Shown in pieces: positions 57,365 to 64,000 of a stretch of 64,000 bases of DNA (positions are counted from its first letter, which is position 1; each line of letters starts with the position of its first letter). The notes beneath the pieces are model-generated. The model ran no database searches and was not told the origin of the DNA. It saw nothing but the letters and a program-made list of their open reading frames with translations. Position numbers and translations under genes: made by a program. Where the stretch lies: assembly GCA_964464595.1 (NCBI GenBank), contig CAYXGW010000002.1, positions 753 through 64,752 of the forward strand. The letters are read 5' to 3'. Origin of the DNA: an uncultured Deferribacteres bacterium (lineage in GTDB: Bacteria; Zhuqueibacterota; JdFR-76; DREG01).

Positions 57365-58597
57365 CTAATTTACTAAAAACTCAAGGTGTAACTTTGTACC
57401 TTTGTCCTCATTACTATAAATCTTTATATTACCTGTATGTAAATCTACAATCTTTTTAACGATCGATAAACCCAGACCGGGTTTTTTTGATTTATCACCT
57501 GAGAAAGGATTGTAAATGCTTTCCCTCATATAATTCGGGATGCCCCTGCCGTTATCTACCAAAGTGACATAAACTTTTTCTTCATTTTTTTTTAATTCAA
57601 TTTCAATCTCGCCACTCTTTTCAATTGATTCAATTGAGTTTCTAAATATGTGAAGAAACATTTGTTGAAATAATTGAGGGTCTGCCATCAATGTGACTGG
57701 GTATTTAGGGAACTTCCGATTCACGTCTACTTTTTTACCATCCTCATTGGTTTGAAATAAAACAGACTCAACAATATCATTTAACATTAATTTTAAGTTT
57801 AGCTCTCTTTTATTGGGAGTTACCGGACGTGCAAGAAATACCAAGTTCCCGATAATCTTATCCATGTTCCCCACTGCTTCCAATATTTTTTTCACTAACC
57901 GTTGTCTTGGATCTCCATATCCCAAGTCTCTTTCAAGTAAAGCACCAAATCCGGCAATTGCACCTAATGGATTACGAATTTCATGCGCCACATCTCCAGC
58001 CATTTCACCAAGCGCAGACAATGTTTTTATCTGGTGAATTTCGTTCTCTAATGTACGAATCTCCGATAGATCTTCAAAAACTTCCACCACACCAATTGGA
58101 TATCCCTGGTTTGATTGCAAAAGGCACATACTGAAATTAACGGGAATCACACTCCCATCTGATCTGGTAATGTTCTTTTGCTGGTGAACAATTTGTTTAC
58201 CAGATTCAACAATCTTTCCTGGGTAAAACTCTTTATTATCAGGGTCGAAAAAACTGTGGTAAGCTTTGTTAAGAACACTGGTTCTGGAGTAACCTGTTAA
58301 TTCCTCTGCAGCGTTATTAAACATTGTAATTTTGTTTTTAAGATCGATACAAATCACCCCTGCATTCATACTGGTCAATATATTATCAAGGTAATTTTTT
58401 AATGAATCCGTCTCTTTAAGACTGGACTGTAGTTCTTTATTTTTCTCTTCTAACTCCAAATTCAGCTTGGATACTTGTTCTTTGAGTTTCCCATAGGCAA
58501 CTTGAAACTCATTGGTGGCATTGGTGAAGTATTCTACAGCCTGTGTTAGTGAGTATATTTGTTCTATGTTTTGATTTTGCAATCCGGCTGAACTCAT
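57365..58597 (-). CDS. PAS-domain sensor histidine kinase (NtrB-like, cytoplasmic)
   Basis: It has a PAS region, the H-box HEIRNPLGAI, and a HATPase domain with N- and G-boxes (DNGRGIP, GLGLSIVKKIV). Confidence 0.85.
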   Translation of the reverse strand: MSSAGLQNQNIEQIYSLTQAVEYFTNATNEFQVAYGKLKEQVSKLNLELEEKNKELQSSLKETDSLKNYLDNILTSMNAGVICIDLKNKITMFNNAAEELTGYSRTSVLNKAYHSFFDPDNKEFYPGKIVESGKQIVHQQKNITRSDGSVIPVNFSMCLLQSNQGYPIGVVEVFEDLSEIRTLENEIHQIKTLSALGEMAGDVAHEIRNPLGAIAGFGALLERDLGYGDPRQRLVKKILEAVGNMDKIIGNLVFLARPVTPNKRELNLKLMLNDIVESVLFQTNEDGKKVDVNRKFPKYPVTLMADPQLFQQMFLHIFRNSIESIEKSGEIEIELKKNEEKVYVTLVDNGRGIPNYMRESIYNPFSGDKSKKPGLGLSIVKKIVDLHTGNIKIYSNEDKGTKLHLEFLVN

Positions 58598-60219
58598 AGA
58601 ACGGTTTTTCTCTCGACACCATTTGGTTTCATCATGAATTTAACCGAGTTCAATTGATTTTTTATTTCTTCAACATATTGATTCATAACAATCATAACAC
58701 CCGGGTAAACTTTGTAGTTTGCCTGGATAAATGGCAATTCTTCGAAATCTGAATTTCCTGAATTCGATTTTATCAAAGTACCCCTTTCCTTTTCCAAAGC
58801 CTCAATTCTTGTCCGAATTTGATCTTGTTTGTTTTTAAATTCTTGCATTTCAGACATTTTCTGAGGATTCAATCCTTTTAATCGCTGTTCAAGAACAACG
58901 AGAAATGAAATATTGTCTTTTATTTTGTCAAATTCTTTCGTTAAGTCTTTGATTTTTTTACTTATTCGTTGAGCTTCCAACCATGCCTCAGTATCAATTG
59001 ATAATCCCATTGCAATTCGCGTTTTAACATTTTTGGGGGTTCCAATCTCGCGAGCGATGATTCCTCGTTCACTATGAACTGCTCCACCTATTATTTGACC
59101 TTTGGGAATCTTTACGAATCCTTCAGCATCAATTTCGCAATCTAAAACATATTTATTAAATTCTGCATCCTTTCCAACAGATATTTGTGCATGCTGAGCA
59201 AATTCAGCAGACAGATTATTTTTTGCGGTTAAGTTTGCCTTATATTTCCCCAGTATCCCACCTCTAATAATTATATCACCCTCTTTAGATTTGATTGTCG
59301 CTCCCTCAACACTCCCATTGATTAATATATTTCCATCGGTTACTACGGTAAAACCCGTTTTTACATCCCCATTTATTATCACTTCACCATTGTAATGGAT
59401 ATCCCCCGATGTAAAATCAACATCATGTGACAAAACATAGACTTGCTCAATATTGATCAAACCATTAGATGAGTACTGATGGCCGCTTATTTTTGAATAA
59501 AGGTCACAAGAATCCGCCGAATAATAAGTATTTAGTCCACGCGGTAGTTTTAGTTCTTTGCCTACTTTGCAAGTGATAGATTCATTAAAAACATTTAAGC
59601 CTGGTTTGCCAACTTTTGCAGGAATTAGATGCGCCAAGTGTTGATCTTTTTCAACACAACTAATTACATTTGATCTGTGATAATCAACTTTTCCATCTTC
59701 TTTTATTAATGGTTTAACACTTTTATTGATATCCACCATATAAACGATTTGTGCATCAGTCCCGTTTACCGGTGACACCCCGGAACAAATAATTTCATTA
59801 ACAACAATGCTCTTATTTTGAATGATCTTTTTGATTTTATCAAAATTTATAGGCATTCGAATCTTTAACTGATTTAATTTGTAAAAAATGTCATTTTCAG
59901 AAATTGTTAGATCATTGTCATTCGGGAATCTTACTGTTAAGTAGGCATGTAATCCGTCTTCAGGTACGCGAACGTGGATGTATTTATCTTTAAGTTTGTT
60001 ATATTTTTGAAAGATAGGTCCAACCCTAATTGGTTCCGTACTTTTCATAGACATGACCTGGCTAATTTTTTTGATATCCGCGTTAATCACTCCGGATTTT
60101 ATTAGTTCGTCTCTAATTTCATCGATTGATGCTATCCCTCTAAAATCGGAATTCATACTTAAATAAACACCATCATTCTTGAACTCAAACTTCAGTTGTT
60201 TTATATAAAGATTTGCCAT
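58594..60219 (-). CDS. FapA/DUF342-family protein (beta-helix, flagellar-assembly-protein-A-like)
   Basis: It has GDI-x-Y-x-G-x-V-x-I-x-G-x-V beta-helix repeats (GDIHYNGEVIINGDVKTGFTVVTDGNILINGSVEGATI) and a C-terminal coiled coil. It overlaps the histidine kinase start by 4 bp. Confidence 0.6.
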   Translation of the reverse strand: MANLYIKQLKFEFKNDGVYLSMNSDFRGIASIDEIRDELIKSGVINADIKKISQVMSMKSTEPIRVGPIFQKYNKLKDKYIHVRVPEDGLHAYLTVRFPNDNDLTISENDIFYKLNQLKIRMPINFDKIKKIIQNKSIVVNEIICSGVSPVNGTDAQIVYMVDINKSVKPLIKEDGKVDYHRSNVISCVEKDQHLAHLIPAKVGKPGLNVFNESITCKVGKELKLPRGLNTYYSADSCDLYSKISGHQYSSNGLINIEQVYVLSHDVDFTSGDIHYNGEVIINGDVKTGFTVVTDGNILINGSVEGATIKSKEGDIIIRGGILGKYKANLTAKNNLSAEFAQHAQISVGKDAEFNKYVLDCEIDAEGFVKIPKGQIIGGAVHSERGIIAREIGTPKNVKTRIAMGLSIDTEAWLEAQRISKKIKDLTKEFDKIKDNISFLVVLEQRLKGLNPQKMSEMQEFKNKQDQIRTRIEALEKERGTLIKSNSGNSDFEELPFIQANYKVYPGVMIVMNQYVEEIKNQLNSVKFMMKPNGVERKTVL

Positions 60220-60273
60220 AACCTACTCTACTCCAACCTCTATCATTTAATTCCTTTAAAATTATGCATTTAT

Positions 60274-60552
60274 CTATTTGATGCCAGACTTTGGTTTATT
60301 CTCATCGTATTCAAGCAGAATCTGAGTTGATTTGCCGCATGAGCAATTCACTTTAATCATTTCAATAAAATCACCTTCTCGTTGAATCTCAACAGTAGAA
60401 TCCTCGGGATGAGAATTATCTTTCACCACATTACTGGAATTAGTTAGAGGAATAAAATTCGCTTTAATTAAGTTTTTACTTTTTCTAATCGGAACTAATT
60501 TTTTAATCGCTTCTGTTTGAGCTGATAAATCAATGAATTGATCTGATTTCAT
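60274..60552 (-). CDS. Small hypothetical protein (92 aa) with a CSCGKS motif
   Basis: An ORF with plausible spacing upstream of the DUF342 gene. No recognisable domain. Confidence 0.35.
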   Translation of the reverse strand: MKSDQFIDLSAQTEAIKKLVPIRKSKNLIKANFIPLTNSSNVVKDNSHPEDSTVEIQREGDFIEMIKVNCSCGKSTQILLEYDENKPKSGIK

Positions 60553-60916
60553 TTACTACTGGATCCTATAACTCAATTTGAACATTCCAGTTATTATCAT
60601 ACAAAGACTATACCAGAAAAACAAAAGGAGAATAATTTTCCTACTTAATAATTATTTGTCTACTTTAAGCTTATTTAATTTCAATATGTTTCAAAATTTT
60701 TACGATTGTGAAGATTTGACAATTAAAATGTCTACTTGAGACGGAATAATTTGCCACATTCTTCAATAGAACCGGCAACTTTTTTACCAATGGTAAAAAA
60801 CTACCACCAGAATAAAACTCTGACAGGAATAGAAGGTTGAAACCGGACAAGTATTAGAGACAAAGATTCTTGTTTATGTTTGATAGATTCAGGCCTGATG
60901 TGAATATTTTATTGAT

Positions 60917-63900
60917 CTAAACAGCAAAATATTCTTGTAAACTTTTAACATTAAAATCAGAATGTTTTAAAGCGGTAATTGCTTCTACGACTGCGTTTGC
61001 AGCAGATAAAGTTGTGAAAGAAGAAATATTATAATCGATCCCGGCACGGCTTAACGCGTATTCATCATACCTGGATTTTTTACCTAATGGCGTATTAATA
61101 ATCATCTGGACTTCACCATTAATGATTCGATCCACGATATTGGGTCTACCCTCTCCTACTTTAAATACAAATATTCCATTAATACCAGCTCGTTCTAAAG
61201 TCTTTAAAGTTCCGGAAGTAGCATAAATTCCAAATCCTAGTTTTTGTAAGTCTTTTGAAATCGGTACTATCTTTTTTTTGTCATTATCATTTACGCTTAT
61301 AAACACGTTGCCAAAGAGAGGTAAACCTGCTTGGGTTGCCATTTGAGCTTTAGCAAAAGCCTCCCCAAAACTCTCACCTAGTCCCATGACTTCTCCGGTC
61401 GATTTCATTTCTGGCCCCAAAAAAGAATGTGTTCCCGGAAACTTATTAAAAGGGAAAACGACAGATTTTACAGAATGATGTTTGGCGATTGGATCTTCTT
61501 TGATTTGTAGATCAGCAAGAGTTTTACCGATCATTAGTTTTGCTGCGATTTTTGCCATAGGAAAATTTATGGATTTACTCACAAACGGAACTGTTCGAGA
61601 TGCCCGTGGATTAACTTCCAGGACATAAATGAGACCATCCTTTATTGCAAACTGTAAATTTATCAAGCCAATCACATTTAATGCGAGAGCAATTTTACGG
61701 GTTCGCTTTTTAATTTCAGCTATTTGATCATCAGTTATCCAATACGGTGGCATAACACACGAGCTGTCACCTGAATGTATTCCGGCTTCTTCTATATGTT
61801 GCATAACCCCACCGATTATTACTTCCTCTCCGTCACATAAGGCCTCTACATCTACCTCAAAAGCATCCTCAAGAAACCGATCGATAAGAATCGGATGTTC
61901 TTTTGATATTTTGAGAGCATTTACCATATAAGTTTCAAGAGATTTTTGATCATAAACGATTTCCATGGCCCTACCACCTAATACGTAAGATGGACGGATT
62001 AGTAATGGATAACCAATCTCATTCGCAATTTTCAATGCTTCCTTTGTCGTTTTCGCTGTTCCATTTTCAGGCTGCCGGATTTCGAGTTTATTAAGCAAAC
62101 GGCCAAATCGCTTTCTATTTTCGGCAAGGTCTATACTATTTGGTGAAGTTCCCAATATCTTCACTCCTGCCTTTTCTAGCGGTATAGCCAATTTCAAAGG
62201 CATTTGCCCTCCAAATTGGACAATAACTCCATTTGGTTGTTCAAGCTCTACAATATTCATTACATGTTCAAATGTTATGGGCTCAAAATAAAGGCGATCA
62301 GAAGTATCGTAGTCAGTACTTACAGTTTCCGGATTGCAATTAACCATTATAGCTTGATAGCCTTCTTCTTTCAAAGCTTGTACAGCGTGAACAGAAGAAT
62401 AATCAAACTCGATTCCCTGTCCAATACGATTTGGACCACTCCCCAATATAATTATTTTTTTTTGCTTACTCGGAATTGCTTCGTTTTCCTGATCATAAGT
62501 GGAATAGTAATAAGGAGTTTCAGCCACAAATTCAGCAGCACAAGTATCCACTGTTTTGAAGGATGTAGTAATCCCTAGATCTTTCCGCAAATTGTATACA
62601 GTCGTTTCATCCACATCAACTAAACTTGCCAGTTGAGAATCGGATATTCCGTTCTTCTTTATAGAACGTAATTGTTGTTGTGACACCTGATCAAGTTTTC
62701 CACGGTATTTTGTAATCTCTTTTTCAATATTTATAATTTCATTAATTTGATTTAAAAACCACCGATCGATTCCTGTGATTGAGTATAATTCGTCATATGA
62801 ATATCCTAATCTTAAAGCCATTGCTAAGTAATTTAATCTACGATCACTGGGATACTTGAGATTTTTTTCCAAAGTTTCTCTAAGTTCTATTTTCTTTTCA
62901 TTTGTTTCATCCAGCCCTTCCATTGACCCATTAGAATCCCAAAGTAACAGCTCGGTATCTAAAGAGCTAATGGCTTTGCCTAACGCTTCTTTAAAACTGC
63001 GACCAATAGACATCACCTCGCCAACAGACTTCATTTGGGTCCCAAGGGTTGGATCTACCCCAGGAAATTTTTCAAAATTCCAGCGTGGTATTTTAACCAC
63101 CACATAATCCATCGTGGGTTCAAAACAAGCAGGTGTCTTTTTTGTAATGTCATTTGGAATCTCGTCAAGGCTAAGCCCAATTGACAATTTAGCTGCTATT
63201 TTAGCAATTGGAAAACCAGTAGCTTTAGAAGCTAAAGCTGAGCTTCTCGAGACCCGTGGATTCATTTCAATGACAACCATTCTGCCTGTTTCCGGGTGAA
63301 TAGCGAACTGGATATTGGACCCGCCTGTTTCCACACCAATCGCACGAATAATCTCAATTGATGCATTACGGAGAAGTTGATATTCCTTATCTGTTAAAGT
63401 CTGAGCTGGTGCTACAGTTATACTATCGCCAGTATGAATTCCCATTGGATCCAGGTTTTCTATAGAACAAATAATAACTACATTATCCTGCAAGTCACGC
63501 ATCACTTCTAATTCATATTCTTTCCATCCAACTATTGATTCTTCAATCAAAATTTCTGATATAGGACTATTATGAAGTCCCCAAGAAACTTGGTCTTCAA
63601 ATTCTTTTATATTGTAAACAACGCTTCCTCCGGTACCTCCAAGAGTAAAAGCTGGACGGATAATCATTGGAAATTCAATAACTTCGCGTAATTTATGAGC
63701 TTCATGAACTGATCGGGCAAATCCACCAAGAGGAGTTTCAAGACCAATTTGTTCTATGACTTTTTTAAACAACTCTCTGTCTTCAGCTTTTTGAATTGCA
63801 TCCAGTTTTGCGCCAATTAACTCCACACCCATTTCATCTAAAAAACCACTCTCTGCTAAATCCACAGCAATATTTAAGCCTGTTTGCCCCCCCATAGTAG

Positions 63901-64000
63901 GTAGTAGTGCTTCGGGTTTTTCTTTAATAATTATTTTTTTGACAAATTCCGGAGTAATTGGTTCTATGTAGGTCCTATCGGCCAATTCCGGATCCGTCAT
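60917..64000 (-). CDS. carB: Carbamoyl-phosphate synthase large subunit, 3' (C-terminal) about 1027 codons. The true start lies beyond the window end.
   Basis: [15 protein letters not shown] aligns to the internal CarB motif IMTDPEMADATYIEPI (about 45 aa from the true N-terminus). Two ATP-grasp halves and a C-terminal MGS-like domain follow. Confidence 0.95.
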   Translation of the reverse strand: MTDPELADRTYIEPITPEFVKKIIIKEKPEALLPTMGGQTGLNIAVDLAESGFLDEMGVELIGAKLDAIQKAEDRELFKKVIEQIGLETPLGGFARSVHEAHKLREVIEFPMIIRPAFTLGGTGGSVVYNIKEFEDQVSWGLHNSPISEILIEESIVGWKEYELEVMRDLQDNVVIICSIENLDPMGIHTGDSITVAPAQTLTDKEYQLLRNASIEIIRAIGVETGGSNIQFAIHPETGRMVVIEMNPRVSRSSALASKATGFPIAKIAAKLSIGLSLDEIPNDITKKTPACFEPTMDYVVVKIPRWNFEKFPGVDPTLGTQMKSVGEVMSIGRSFKEALGKAISSLDTELLLWDSNGSMEGLDETNEKKIELRETLEKNLKYPSDRRLNYLAMALRLGYSYDELYSITGIDRWFLNQINEIINIEKEITKYRGKLDQVSQQQLRSIKKNGISDSQLASLVDVDETTVYNLRKDLGITTSFKTVDTCAAEFVAETPYYYSTYDQENEAIPSKQKKIIILGSGPNRIGQGIEFDYSSVHAVQALKEEGYQAIMVNCNPETVSTDYDTSDRLYFEPITFEHVMNIVELEQPNGVIVQFGGQMPLKLAIPLEKAGVKILGTSPNSIDLAENRKRFGRLLNKLEIRQPENGTAKTTKEALKIANEIGYPLLIRPSYVLGGRAMEIVYDQKSLETYMVNALKISKEHPILIDRFLEDAFEVDVEALCDGEEVIIGGVMQHIEEAGIHSGDSSCVMPPYWITDDQIAEIKKRTRKIALALNVIGLINLQFAIKDGLIYVLEVNPRASRTVPFVSKSINFPMAKIAAKLMIGKTLADLQIKEDPIAKHHSVKSVVFPFNKFPGTHSFLGPEMKSTGEVMGLGESFGEAFAKAQMATQAGLPLFGNVFISVNDNDKKKIVPISKDLQKLGFGIYATSGTLKTLERAGINGIFVFKVGEGRPNIVDRIINGEVQMIINTPLGKKSRYDEYALSRAGIDYNISSFTTLSAANAVVEAITALKHSDFNVKSLQEYFAV

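Noticed and set aside
1-64000. CRISPR arrays, rRNA genes, and integrase, transposase or restriction-modification genes
   Set aside because: No direct-repeat/spacer periodicity and no 16S/23S conserved motifs were seen. No ORF translation has integrase (R..H..R..Y), DDE transposase or restriction-modification signatures.

Overview
This 64-kb window comes from a low-GC (about 35%) bacterium that looks like a member of the FCB group (Ignavibacteria/Bacteroidota-like). That placement is an inference from a secreted protein with a type IX secretion (T9SS) C-terminal sorting domain, a Bacteroidetes-style glycine-rich tail-fibre-like surface protein, an LDH-type malate dehydrogenase, and a bifunctional MoaC/MogA. 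No rRNA or tRNA genes, CRISPR arrays, integrases, transposases or recognisable defence genes were found.

From about 1 to 31 kb almost every gene is on the minus strand and the content is dominated by signal transduction:
- a GAF/sigma-54 activator next to a 1114-aa receptor Ser/Thr kinase whose ectodomain is NHL + FG-GAP + ASPIC;
- an EF-G paralog with an HIT protein;
- a molybdopterin operon (moaA, moaC/mog, moaD, moaE);
- two tandem partner-switching modules of the RsbU/RsbV/RsbW type. Together with one further GAF-PP2C gene they contain four SpoIIE-type PP2C phosphatases, two STAS antagonists, two HATPase anti-sigma-type kinases (one fused to a receiver domain), a HAMP class-III adenylate cyclase, a soluble protein with a chemoreceptor (MCP) signalling domain, and receiver-domain proteins. 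There is no sigma factor anywhere in the window.

From 31 to 64 kb the genes are housekeeping and accessory: an FMN reductase, HAD and GNAT enzymes, ggt, a T9SS propeller-repeat protein, a lipoprotein, PAP2, efp, accB, accC, gcvH, gcvPA, a methyltransferase, a GT2-like gene, fadI-like/fadJ beta-oxidation genes, mdh, rng, rplU, rpmA, an M50 protease, a SAM hydroxide adenosyltransferase, a PAS histidine kinase / sigma-54 NtrC-like pair with a FapA/DUF342 gene, and the 3' part of carB.

Points worth a second look:
1. The PknD-like kinase with a two-propeller CRTAC1-like ectodomain.
2. Partner-switching networks whose likely outputs are cAMP or an MCP-like protein rather than a sigma factor.
3. 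A lipoprotein beta-propeller gene translationally coupled to an 8-TM GAF-PP2C phosphatase.
4. A repeat-punctuated, cassette-like locus at 35.5-39.0 kb. It contains a roughly 100-bp intergenic repeat in 2-3 copies, palindromic GAACGGCTCA hairpins, tRNA-3'-end-like motifs, and an alpha/beta hydrolase gene truncated exactly at a repeat copy.
5. In-frame stop codons inside two otherwise intact conserved genes: TGA in ggt and TAA in the essential accC.
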